Part shown: piece after piece, positions 12,101 to 64,000 of the stretch
Numbering within the stretch: position 1 is the first letter of the stretch
Layout of the letters: each line of letters begins with the position of its first letter
Source: Sphyrna mokarran
Taxonomy: Eukaryota
Direction: 5' to 3'
NCBI GenBank assembly: GCA_024679065.1
Contig: JAGIQG010000018.1
Location: 23,498,001-23,562,000, forward strand
Length of the DNA: 64,000 nt
The notes under the pieces: generated by a model
What the model saw: the letters and a program-made list of their open reading frames with translations, nothing else
The model's database searches: none
Told to the model about the DNA's origin: nothing
Translations under genes and position numbers: made by a program

Positions 12101-15100
12101 TGTGAAAGCAGGGGCAGGAGAAATTATCAAAGGGTGAGGAAATGGCAGAGATGGTGAATATATCAGATTTTGCACAAATTACATGACAAAAATGGAATGT
12201 AACTAAGGCACTGATAAATTAAAATCAGCAGATATTGGAGAATCATAAAGGGCTAACAGCCAATAAATCCCGAGGACCCCAATGGTCTACATCCTCAGGT
12301 TCTGAGACCACAAGAAATAAGGGCAGGGATAAGCCATCCAGATACTCGAGCCTGCTATGCCATTCAATAAGATTGATACAGATGCGATTGTAGCATCAGC
12401 TCTCCTTTCCTGCTGCTCATCCCATAACCTTTGACTCCCTTTTATAGATCAAGGTAACTGCAGAGATAGTGGATCCAGTGACTAACGTGTCCCAGATGAT
12501 TCTAGGTTGGTGCCAAAAGATGGAAAGTTAACAAATATAACATGGGGTGGGGAATGGAGAAGAGAGAGAACTTGGAACCACAGCCAGTTTTGCCTGACAC
12601 AAGCATTGAGAAATGCTGGTATCTCTAATGGAGCCTTAATATGCATAGAAAATAAGACAAAAGCAATAGGAAGAAAAATTCCTAAATTGATGTCACAAAA
12701 GATTAATCATGGAGTTGGGTGTTATATTAGTGTACATGGAGAATGAATTAATGGGCAGGGGGTGAAGATAAGAGAGCATTTTGAAGTTGATGGACTGAGA
12801 CTGTGCCGTAAAGATGAGTGCTGGGCTATTACACATATCTATATTAACTTGACAAAGTAATATATTCAAGCTTGCTGACAACAAAAGCTAAATTTGAATG
12901 TAAGCTGTGAAGTTGACACGGGCTACAAAGATGTATTGATCACTTAAAGAAGTGGGCGACAAAGTAGATGGAATATAATGTGTGGAAGAGCGACGTTATT
13001 CAATTTGAAAAGCGGAAAAGCAAAATGTCATGTAGGAGCATTGGAGTGCAAGTCTTCCTACAATTGAATAGGACTTTGAAATCAACCTGAGATATAGTGT
13101 GCAGGTTTGTTTTTGCTTTGTAGCAAAGGGAAGATATACTTTCATTGGAGGTGGTACAGTGAAAGTTCACTAGACTAATTCCTGAGATGAGAAGGTTGTG
13201 CTATGGTAGGCTGAATAAATTGGGTCTATATTGTATGGAGTTTAGAAGAATGAGGTGATCTCATTGTATGACTGTAGAATCTTGTATATTTCAATGTGCC
13301 ATGGAGTTTGTTTTCCTCAGGCTGGGGAGTCTAGAACACGGCACAGTCTTGGGCTAAGGGGTTGATTATTAGGACAGAGAAGTTTCTTTGCTATTCTCTA
13401 CCTCCAGAGTTGTGAATGCTTTAGTAAAATAACTTAGGTTCTAAGTCTAGATTCTGGGGAAAGTGGAGTTGAGTGAAGCAACTATGATCCTACTTAATGT
13501 TGGAGTAGGTTCAAGGCATCATGTGGTCTACTGCTATTGTATTCTTAACAGCATCTTCCCTCTTGGTTGAAACATTAAATCATTGACTAAGCTTACTTGA
13601 TATATTGATACAAAATTAATAGCCAATACACATCCCAATTGTCCCACTGCTAGTGACCACTCTAATACTACTTTCAGTGTCACACAAGAGGTGTCCTTCC
13701 TAGACAGTAGTTTGAAAGGAAGAGACCTCTAATGAAACTATTAAGAACTGTCTAAAACTTTACTCTTTAGCTCTCCTAATGATAGCATTGAAACTTCTAG
13801 TTACCTATCTGATCATAGTGATGGATTAGGGCTTTACTAGTGTCTGGTTCTGATTTTCTGCATATTATGGAATGTTAACTCCTGCTGCTGACCAAAGAAG
13901 TGTCAAGAAGAGTTCCACTAATCGTTAACATGTACAAATTAAACTTCTCTATATAATTCTTTGGTCACATTCCTTGCAAGTGCAGCTCTGTATTTTGCTG
14001 AAATATAACTAGAGAAGATGACAATACAGCAAATTGCAAAACAAATGCAAATTCACTGACAGAAAACAGAGCAGCGCTAGATTCTGACTTAAATGAAAGG
14101 TGTTTCTAACAGACTTGCATGTGCAGGAGACTCCCCCCTTCAACCCCTCCAAATATTGTGCAAATAACAGTGAATGAAGACTGGAACAGTAGATGATTAG
14201 TAGGGGAATTGTCCCTCATCTCAAGCTACAGAGCCATAAACTGACCACATCAATGGCAGCGTTGTGCTCTTAAAGACTGGGATTTGAAATTGCTGAAATG
14301 ATCGTTAGAAATCTCTGCCAACCACTGGATCTTTTGAATTACAGCTGGAGGGGAGGAAGTGCAAGTTTTTGTCTGAGGAAATCTGTTAGGAATTCACTTT
14401 CCACTAAGTTTATTGATTTTGATCTTGTAATGTTCATCCAATAGATGTTCCAGCTGGTGACAAACCAGGCAAGTCAGAAGATGGAGTAGCAAGGTAAGTA
14501 TTCTCTTACTGCTAATACCACTAGAAATGATGTTTTATCTCTAATTGTTTCATATAGATCAAAGGAAGCCTTTGGTTATGTGAAGAGCTTTGCTGTTGCA
14601 ATTTTTTCAATGCTTTTTGGAATGGTTCCATGTGCCTGTCTATATCTATTGATTATGCCTGTTGAATTTTGTCTTTGGGAAGTCAGGGAGCTCAATCCAT
14701 ATGGGCTTTCAGTCAAGTTTAAGTAGTTGGTCTATCTTTCCATCTTCCCCTCTCTTATAATCCAGGGATTGAATTTGGGAGGCTGTATGGGTTAATGCTA
14801 CATAATGCAGATTAGTATAATTGAGATGTTTGAGTTCTTCAAACTTTTCTATATTTTATCGTGTTGGAAATGCCAGTTTGTCCACTTCCATTCTGACTAT
14901 TGTTCCTAACCACTATTCAAATATTGGAAAGGAGAATGTCATATGGAACTACTTGGGACTACTGTAAAACTAATTCAATTCCCTAAACTGTTAATATATT
15001 GCTTTAATCTACCAAAATACATCTGACTGAGCAAGCAAATGCTGTTATTTTGTACAGTGACCTCTCTTTGTGCGCTTTTGTGATTTGGATTCAATAGCAC

Positions 15101-17793
15101 TCATACTGCCTAAACTGAGTGATCAAGCTCTCTATTGCACAAGTTCATGAGTATGTGAGTCTTTGTGAGTAAACTAATTTCTATTTTCTACAGGGAAGTA
15201 GGGGAAAGCAATGATTTTTATCTCTCGGACCTATTGCAGCAACTAAACAGTGTAGTAACAGCAAGGCCAGCTGACAAAGCAGTCATCAGACAAGGTACAG
15301 AAACAGGCTTCTCAAAAATTGTAGCTCCTGAAGTGTTTTATGGCATTTCGACTGCCTTGACCTGGGCTGCTGGGGGAAAATTAATGCCCCGTGAATTGAT
15401 GTCCCATTTTAATGCCAGCAAAATGGAGTTGCATCAACCTTATTTTTGTACAATTAATGAAATTCCTATTAGCTAGCTTAGTAACTTCAACCCATCACAC
15501 ATTTCTCTTTGATTTTCTTTTTGTGGGTGAGTAATTGCACTGTGAAACATTCACTGAATTGGCACCTTGTGGAAAAAGTAAAAAATTAACTGTTTAATAA
15601 ATTTGGGGTAATTTTGTTTTCCCACCAGCTGGGTTTATCTGTTGTGCTTTACTTTTTTACCCCCCAGCTCCAATATCTTAAGCTTTTTTGTGTCTGAACT
15701 TGTATGAATGCAGTATTTACTATTACTTCTCTCTCCTAACAGAAGAGGCTGAAGACCCGGCCTGTATACCGATTTTCTGGGTCAGCAAGTGGGTTGATTA
15801 TTCTGATAAATATGGTTTGGGTAAGTACCATTCTTGTCTCCACTGGATTATTGAACGCAAGTACTCTCATACCTTGGGCCCTCATCATCCGTCTGTCTTG
15901 TTTACCAGCAGAGTGAATTTGGATTAGCTTTTCTGGAATAACTTTGGCCCAACCTGACTAATCCGTAGAATAATTTATTTGCCACTGTTGTGGAAAATTG
16001 GGGAAGGGACTAACTTGCCTGAATGCAACCTTAAATCATACTGGGGCCTTTTGGCCTTCTCAAGAAATGCAGATTTTCAGCATAATTGAGGAAATTTTTC
16101 CCCTAATGAGAGAAATGGTAGATTCTGCCTTAAACAGGCTATACTCATCCCCAGAAGCAACTTGCTGACTGGAGACATAACTCTAACAAATGTTGCAGGA
16201 TTTTTTTCATATTTCAACTGTTTGGTATCTTTGATATCTGGCATAGGTAGGGTAGGTAACTTGTACAGGTTCGGTTCCTTATCTTCCAGCAGTACACTGA
16301 CTCTGCAAATCACTCTTTTTAGGTTACCAATTATGTGACAACAGTGTTGGTGTTCTCTTCAATGATTCCACTCGTTTAATCATGTACAATGATGGAGAGA
16401 GTCTTCAATATATTGAACGTGACATGACTGAGACTTACTTGAACTTTCGATCCTACCCTCCCAGTCTGAGTAAGAAGGTGAGTGCAGAAGTAGCATGGCC
16501 CAAGATTCAGTGGCTATTCACAGATAATTGGGCTGGAGGCCCTGGATATGTACTCTTGGTTATAAGTATTAGATAAATTTGAGATTAGCTCAGTTTGGTG
16601 CATAAATGCAGTCTGTCTGTCTTGAGGAGATGATTATTAATGTGACAGTGGGGAACAAAGTGATCCTAATGTGTTCACTTGTGCCTTTGTCAGGAGGAAT
16701 CTATTCAAATTACAAGGCATGGAAACCAAATCTTCAGCCCTAAACAATAGGTTGACAGTCACTGATATGTGTGAACATTGTCCATTGTATAGGTTGTGGG
16801 AGCCTGCTTTAAAAATTCTTTTGTGCAAAGAATTAATCACCCAAACAATCACCTGATATAAAAATGATTACAGCCGCAAAAGGTGCATTCATAGACCTAT
16901 CAGCCTGCAAATCCTTTGGCAGTGTGATCTAATGGGTATGTTGACTTAATCTTGGGAAACAACAATCTGTTAATTAGCTTAAGAGATGACTTTGATTTGA
17001 TTTCAGTCGTAGTTGAGATGAGCAAAATTAGACAAGTTACTGATCTACTGCAGCCTTTGGAATTGTGGAAAAAGATTGGGTTTGTCTTTTTTTGAAACAA
17101 TTGCAATCAGGATTCAGTCTTTAAAGAATTGGTCAAAGGTGAGTGGCTGGCTTTGGAACAGCAAATTGTGGGCCTTCAAAAGGAATAGCAACAGTTCATC
17201 CAAACTGGGTGGAAATCTTCCATCTACAAAATACAATCAGTAACTGTAAGCATAAACGTGATTCAACATGTAGAAGGAATGAATTGTTAATTGAGTCTTT
17301 TTCTCCGTGTAGGCAACCCTGTTGAAATACTTTCGCAACTATATGAGTGAGCACTTGTTGAAGGCAGGGGCCAACATCACTCCCCGAGAAGGTGATGAGT
17401 TGGCAAGGCTTCCATTTCTGCGGATCTGGTTCAGGACACGCAGCGCAATTGTTTTGCACCTCAGCAATGGAACCGTCCAAATCAACTTCTTCCAGGTGAG
17501 CATCTTTGAATCACCATTTGAAACAGTCATTTTCTTGGGTGGACAAGTGCAAGGAATTTATTTTTTTTATTTCCCCATTCTTCCAGGATCACACTAAGAT
17601 CATCCTGTGCCCACTGATGAACGCAGTGACCTACATTGATGAGAAGCGGGAGTTCCACACATTCAAACTAAGCATGATTGAGGAGCATGGCTGCTGCAAG
17701 GAGTTGGCAAGCCGATTGCGTTATGCACGTACCATGGTGGAGAAGCTGCTCACCACAAAAGCTGTGGCAACGCAGATCAAACATACAGCATGA
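5827..17793 (+). CDS. PLK1: Polo-like kinase 1, whole gene span (11 coding exons, 1758 nt, 585 aa)
   Basis: Spliced exons give a kinase domain ([20 protein letters not shown]-loop [10 protein letters not shown]), a D-box (RRPLTELN) and polo boxes ([22 protein letters not shown]). All introns are GT-AG and phases are consistent. Confidence 0.98.
6723..7017. repeat. Tandem duplication, 2 x ~148 bp, in PLK1 intron 1
   Basis: Units start atactaattt (6723) and atattaattt (6871) and align along their length. Confidence 0.85.
7143..7311 (+). CDS. PLK1: PLK1 exon 2 ([10 protein letters not shown]...HRDLKLGN...VKIG)
   Basis: Acceptor ttcag, donor G|GTAAAA, 169 nt. Confidence 0.96.
8870..9530 (+). 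mobile_element. Decayed CR1 LINE 3' fragment in PLK1 intron 2
   Basis: YKTLVxPQL-like coding remnant and CR1 3' UTR. Confidence 0.55.
9569..9713 (+). CDS. PLK1: PLK1 exon 3 (DFG...[14 protein letters not shown]...GCIM)
   Basis: Acceptor gaag, donor GTGAGT, 145 nt; activation-loop Thr retained. Confidence 0.96.
9799..9892 (+). CDS. PLK1: PLK1 exon 4 ([19 protein letters not shown]...IPK)
   Basis: Acceptor tgcag, donor GTGAGT, 94 nt; follows an 85-nt intron. Confidence 0.96.
10465..10684 (+). CDS. PLK1: PLK1 exon 5 (HVNPVAA...[10 protein letters not shown]-box)
   Basis: Acceptor ctcag, donor G|GTACTG, 220 nt. Confidence 0.95.
11051..11617 (-). mobile_element. HE1/V-SINE split in two (tail 11051-11090, body 11368-11617)
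   Basis: Both pieces match the same subfamily as the intact copy at 22143-22430. Confidence 0.7.
11091..12161. repeat. Older inverted repeat: arms ~11091-11365 and ~11853-12161
   Basis: The reverse complement of the left arm aligns with the right arm (aaaaacactgat..gtgactttctagtgaaattaa; atggcagaga.ggtgaatat), roughly 80% by eye. Confidence 0.8.
11750..13550 (+). mobile_element. Decayed CR1 LINE ORF2 and 3' end in PLK1 intron 5
   Basis: K(L)ADN RT remnant at ~12870; yeKxPGP and CVQ/FRR-like motifs. Confidence 0.6.
14445..14493 (+). CDS. PLK1: PLK1 exon 6a, 49-nt linker exon ([17 protein letters not shown])
   Basis: Acceptor aatag, strong donor AG|GTAAGT; bridges phase 1 (end of exon 5) to phase 2 (start of exon 6b). 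Confidence 0.8.
15194..15294 (+). CDS. PLK1: PLK1 exon 6b ([17 protein letters not shown]...VIRQ)
   Basis: Acceptor tacag, donor G|GTACAG, 101 nt; resembles human CHLSDMLQQL...VRQ. Confidence 0.9.
15743..15820 (+). CDS. PLK1: PLK1 exon ([27 protein letters not shown]), polo cap / PB1 start
   Basis: Acceptor aacag, donor GTAAGT, 78 nt. Confidence 0.97.
16323..16477 (+). CDS. PLK1: PLK1 exon, polo box 1 ([14 protein letters not shown]...SLSKK)
   Basis: Acceptor tttag, donor GTGAGT, 155 nt. Confidence 0.96.
17313..17495 (+). CDS. PLK1: PLK1 exon ([15 protein letters not shown]...QINFFQ)
   Basis: Acceptor tgtag, donor GTGAGC, 183 nt. Confidence 0.96.
17587..17793 (+). CDS. PLK1: PLK1 last coding exon, polo box 2 (DHTKIILCP...KHTA*)
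   Basis: Acceptor tccag; phospho-binding His/Lys pair (HTK); TGA at 17791-17793. Confidence 0.96.
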   Translation, partial: DHTKIILCPLMNAVTYIDEKREFHTFKLSMIEEHGCCKELASRLRYARTMVEKLLTTKAVATQIKHTA

Positions 17794-18462
17794 AGACTGG
17801 AGCTTCAGACTGGCTGACTGTGTCTGCCCCCATGCAACCAATTCTTTCCTATTTTAGGGGACAAAGTTTGTAAATAACCCTTTTTTTTGTAAGGCTCGAT
17901 TTTTGTATTAAAACACCTTTTTTGAAATATCTAAGTGAACAATGTGTTTTGAATCGAGTTGGTGGGGGGCAGAAACATGACTCTCCATTATGTGTAGTGA
18001 CTTGAGGCAGATGAGATCATGTAAATTAAGCTGTACATTATGCGCCAAACTTTTTCACTCCCTTTTTCAGGTGTTCTAGTTTCATTTGAATCCAAAATTT
18101 CAAAAAGCACTTTACGATCTTGAGTTTTATTGTTTCTTAGGCAATGTTTGTCTCACTACTTTTCCTCTCCAAACTCAGTTCTGATGAAATGTGGAACTCC
18201 GGTGGCTTAAGAACAGGGTATTTCCTAGATAGTTGGTGCTCTTGAACAGTACAAAGCTGCAGTGACTGATGCCAGTTTGACATGTAGTAGTTTGGATGAG
18301 AGGCTGAAATGGACACCTCAACATAATGAATGTCTTTTGCTTTACTTTGGCTCTATTTCTATTCAAGAAAGCTTATCCCAAGAACAGTTGGACAAACCTT
18401 TAGGAACAACTTTCTGTACAGCTGTTGACACTGGTCTCGCAACGAGAACATTTTGTACTTAA

Positions 18463-18487
18463 TTTTTTAATGTAACTATCAAATAAA
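18463..18487 (+). promoter_or_regulatory. PLK1 polyadenylation signal with adjacent CPE
   Basis: TTTTTTAAT 18463-18471, then AATAAA 18482-18487 and T/GT-rich downstream sequence. Confidence 0.6.
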
Positions 18488-21400
18488 AATCTGTTCTTGA
18501 ATAACTTTGTCATGTTTAATTGAGAATATAATGGGAACCATACTTTCAGAGCAAGTTTTTTTTTTATCTCCAGCTGAATGTGTGGGGCTGTTTAAGTGTC
18601 TTAACCTCTACAAAATTTTGTCCTGATGGATAGGGACATCAGATTTATTTTATAGAAAAGGTGGTGATAGAGTGAAAGCTACCCAGCCCCAACTGTTGTT
18701 AATATGGCACCTCCTGAGGAATGTACAATTTGCTCTGAAGCTTGTTGCTATTATCACTGAACAATATCTACAACTGGAAGAACAAAGTCTCACATGCTTG
18801 GTATTTAGGAATTTTATTTTACCCTCTACCTTCCAATACAAAAAAAAGTAGACTTTTCTATATACATAATCAATTCAAGAAATGAACCAAGCAACAAGAT
18901 GAGCTTAAAATTGATTCACAAATTTCTATTCACAAAATCATGTGGTATAATCATGTATGTTCCTACCCTATAAAGAATTGGTTCATTGTCACCAGTGCTG
19001 CTTGAAATACTTAAACACTGGCATTAACCCATTATTACTCATTTTTAAAAAAAATTGTCTGAATGGAAGTTATAAAATAAAGTAGGGGAAGACTGACTTA
19101 CTGGCATATACAGTATAAGAATTTGCTGCAACTTCTAGCAGCTTTTTCTACAATTCCTTTTTTTCAGGGTGCAAAGTCCCTCATCTAAGCAAGAACTTTT
19201 TTGATTAATCTCACTGTATGTAAAAACCCTGTTGATGTGGGGGAAATGAGGAAAATCTGGCTCTGCTTCCAATCTTGGCTTTAGGTCTACTGACAACCCA
19301 GTTCACATTCTCCAGCCCTCTGCAACTTTATGGGTAATTGGCTTTACAAATGATTAATTGAATTTAATTGTATTTCACTTGCTTTAATACTGGTTCACAC
19401 AGAACCATGTTACTGACACTTTTTTTAAAAACAAACTAACATCCTTAGCATTTATAGTCAGTACAATGTGGGACTTAAGGCATCCCATGATGTCAACCTA
19501 CTGAAATCCCTTACCCAGATCTAAAGCAATTTCATTTCCTCTGATTGCTACTGGCTTTCAGTTTCTTCATTCTTTTGGGGAATTTGCACTTCAGTTGTAA
19601 TTTTTACAGAGTTTTTATTGCATCTATTCCTACAATCTATTCATTTACATCAATCTGTTTTTCAATCATTGGCAGTTTGTACCTAATTCCATTAGCAAAG
19701 AAATCAACACCAAAGGACATAGGTTTGGAGTAGTTGAATAATACAGCATAGGAACAGACCCTTTGGCTCAACAAGTGTTGGGTGAAAAAAAAAATCTCAA
19801 TCCCCTTCCCCTGCAAGTGTTGTGGGGATCTAGAACACCTCTGCCTGAAAGACTGGTAGGGGTAGAAATCTTCATTGTATTTAAAAACTACTTGAATTGT
19901 GCGCTTGAAGTGTCATAACCTACTGGGTTACAGCACAAAAGCTGAAAGGTGGAATGAGACCCGATAGCTCTTTCTGCTCAATAGATCCCTTCTGTACCAT
20001 AAATCCTATGTTTATTACCATCCAACATCAGACAGATCAAAATGTCATCCAACCGCAGCACAGATTACTGTTCCTGATAGAGGTTTTGCCTCTCCCCAGA
20101 GATTTGACTTTAAATATCAGAGCATTAGACACAGTATGCTCACTCTCAGTTGTGCAATGCTCATTTTAAATTACTATCATGCCTCACTGGTGGACAGTAA
20201 ACACAGCCTGCAGAGAGTTGATCTGGAGTCGTTCAGTTATGAATCCAAATAATGCTTGGCTGTCCCTGATGAATCCTTATGAAGGGAGAGTAGCTGAGCC
20301 TTGCAGAACTGGCAGGTATTAAGATATATCCTGAGTTCATTGATATCAGCTAAGGGTGGGGTGTTAGCAGTAGATCCAAAAATGGTTCCTCAACCTGGAT
20401 ACTTTTCGCTGCCCCACCTCTTCCTGAAAGTTAAGCCAGCAAGGCCTCAATGGTTCAGGACAGGAGGGGAAAGTGATAGTAAAGTTCACAGTCATAAGGT
20501 ATTTACTAATGTGAAAAGTTGCTTCTGTTGTACAGATATAATTAAAATCTTCTTTTAAAAATAGGTTGTATTAATATGAAAATAGTCTGTAGAAAAGCTC
20601 TCTGAGCACTGATTTAGAATTTTGGTGTGCCAATGCTTTTCTGTGACTGTTGGTCACAAACATCAAATTATTCGTACATCAATAATGCACTGTGATGATT
20701 TTTCCAGATTCAACTGTTCCAACAATACAAACTGATACTGGGATCTGCACTATCTTTCTTCAAATTTTTGACAAAGCATAAAATTCTTATCAAGTAATTT
20801 GTGACTCATTATTACTTCTTGTTACCGAAGAAGCAATTCTTACAGAGTGAAACTATAAACATATTCAATGAAATAACCTATTGATCTGGCAGCATTACTG
20901 CTGGCCTCCAGTCTTCAGTACTAGTCAGTGGCTGCATGCGTAGCACAAACTTATTGATTACTTAATTCAGTCCTTTATAAACAGGAGAATCCTTTCATTT
21001 TTCACCTTTACAGTTTCTCCCAACAATATCTCCAGGATACAGTTGGCACTCAAACAGGAGAGAAAGTCTTCCTCCCACAGCAGTGGCATCATTGTCAAAA
21101 GGTGCAGCAATGTTAATGAGTCACTTATTTCTCTTTTATGTTTCAGTTCCTTACCTCCCTGCTGGAAGGTCCATTTGACAGGTAGTACACTACTGTGGGT
21201 GTGAATATTAGCAGAGCTGTTTCCCAGTTTTTGATCAATATCTCAAATTCTATAGGATTTCTGTCCAATCTTACCTATAAAATGTCAGCAAAACAGATTT
21301 GTATGTTGTGCTGGTTTGGGAGGTTCAAAACACCAGTGAAGGGGTTATGTGAGCCGGAGTTCTCCTGTTCTGAGGATGTAGTCTTATTCTATTCTACATG

Positions 21401-21540
21401 AAGAATCCCAGTGTAAAGAGCACTTCCTTCAGGTCCACATAAAGATACCCACAAGCATATTGCCTGCAGCATTTCTTCCTAATTTTCTGGCTCTGAAGTC
21501 TTTATGTTGGTATAGTTGATGACCAGGCAAATTTGGTGAT

Positions 21541-62287
<40,747 letters not shown>

Positions 62288-63090
62288 CTATTAAAACAAT
62301 AAAGATATTTGCTATCAAATTTTAGGAGGGGGAAAATAAATCAAAATACAAATCCATCTATAACCACTGATGATATTTTCTCCCTAAGTAGGGGACATCA
62401 AGGGCAATTGCAGCATCTTTACTGCCTGAAATTCTCAGTGCAGCTTCTAATACAGATGTAGCACGTACTGAACTCAAACATTCTGACTTAGTTGTCACTG
62501 GCTTTGTGCCCCATTAAGTTCAACTCTCAATATTTATTGTCTAATGAAGCTCCTAACTGTTAGGCAATCAAATGCTCTGAAATACTCAAGATTGCTAAAA
62601 GTGCAAAATCACGTCCAATAAAAAAAACTACAAGGCACAGCCTCTTCTTTACACATTCCTGATCATGGTTGTGCTGCCAGGAGAGATACTGATTCCTAGC
62701 CAGGCACATCTCTTCTGGGAAAGAAAAGTGAATTAGAAATCACCAATCAGCTCAGTGGCTAAAGAATTAGGGTTAGCAAAGGCCAGAATGAAGAACACTT
62801 GCCCATGCCCTCGTCCGGGAACAGTACAAAGCTGGGCAATAGGAAAAAGAAATCAATTGTAAAATCATTATTTCAGCATTATTTCACTAAGGTGGTAAAA
62901 CTTCTATACTGATTGCTTGGACAGAAGCAATCCGGATTAGCACTGTAATAACCTCATCAAGACCAATCCTTTGGTACATCAATGCTTTATTGAAATAGTA
63001 GACCACGTCCTGGCTTACAATAACTCATGTATTGGGGTATTGTAGGTGCTCTGGACCTACAATACCCCAATACGTGCTGGGTGCCCCAGG

Positions 63091-63395
63091 TGGCATGATA
63101 GCACAGCGGCTAGTATTGCTGCCTCACAGTGCCAGGAATCTGGGTTGGATTCTGGCTTGCATGACTGTGTGTTGTCTGGAGTTTGCACATTCTCTATGCA
63201 TCTGTATGTGTTTCCTCCAGGTGCTCCAGTTTCCTCCCACAGTCCAAAGATGTGCAGCTTACATGAATCGGTCATGCTAAATTGCCTCCGGATGTGTACG
63301 TTACGGAGGATTAGTCAAACAAAAAGTTCCGTTGGAGTGTTGGTGCAGACTCAATGGACCGAATGTGCTCTTTCTGCAATGCACGGATTCCATAA
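63091..63395 (+). mobile_element. HE1/V-SINE
   Basis: gcacagcggctagtattgctgcctcacagtgccagg...cacagtccaaagatgtg. Confidence 0.8.
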
Positions 63396-64000
63396 AGAGA
63401 ATGACTGGATGCTTTTCAACACATTGCAGAATCTTACCGTAATCACATTCATATTCAGGTTTTGCATTTTTTATCGAAATGTTAAGAATACTCACTTATG
63501 CTGGAGCATAATTCTGTGACAGCCACTTATTTGCTGGTGTGCCACCTAAATGACTAGACATTCTACAAGCCAGGATAACAAGTATGAGGGCGTCAAACAA
63601 TCGTAGCACCAAAAGGGAAAATGCTGGAAAATCTCAGCAGGTCTGGCAGCATTTGTAAGGAGAGAGAAAAGCTGATATTGAGTCTAGATTACCCTTTGTC
63701 AATGTAGCACTGTTTGTTCTGCAGCACAATGTGTGGAATTCAATTTAACGTAGAACTAGGTATGTGGAGATGTATTACTTCACAAAAAATAAATGACTAG
63801 AGGATTTCCATTTTAATTTAGTATTCCAGTGTATCTCAAGCTACTCAGAAAACCTTAAAATGACTGACTAATGGTACAGCTGACTAATCAGACCACAGAT
63901 TCCACCGTGGTTTACAGGAGGAAAAAAAATTATAACGATCTAGATTTTTAAAGTAGTACTATTTTCTGTCTGTTCAGCACTAATACACCATCCTTATATT

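Noticed and set aside
20262-20300. ccctgatgaatccttatgaaggg as a hammerhead or C/D snoRNA
   Set aside because: No GAAA box or stem II; box C lacks its purine and the box D spacing is too short
63046-63519. 157-aa ORF
   Set aside because: Reads through a SINE, with no protein-like features
62290-64000. ERN2 exon 1 / promoter
   Set aside because: No convincing signal-peptide exon or CpG island seen; probably beyond the window end

Overview
Vertebrate genomic DNA, most likely a shark or other cartilaginous fish (HE1/V-SINE-type SINEs, CR1/HER1 LINEs, Penelope derivatives). Two protein-coding genes converge tail-to-tail, the same arrangement as human 16p12. PLK1 (+) is complete: 11 coding exons, 5827-17793, 585 aa, with a CpG-rich CCAAT/CHR cell-cycle promoter. 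ERN2/IRE1beta (-) contributes exons 2-22 (62287 down to 21541, 942 aa); its signal-peptide exon 1 was not found in the window. All splice junctions were read by hand and keep frame. Most other ORFs in the track are spurious or retroelement debris. The most notable non-genic signals are: (i) Penelope-derived elements carrying minimal hammerhead ribozymes, three with intact cores and two of those in the sense orientation of the ERN2 pre-mRNA; (ii) two short-range inverted duplications in introns, one with ~460-bp arms at ~97% identity; (iii) an extra intron splitting the PLK1 linker exon; (iv) a shark IRE1beta kinase with an alpha-like Gly loop and an HRDLKPRN catalytic loop; (v) a solo LTR with a target-site duplication. 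No prokaryotic-type system (CRISPR etc.) is present. Repeat family names are from recall of consensus motifs and need RepeatMasker/Dfam confirmation.
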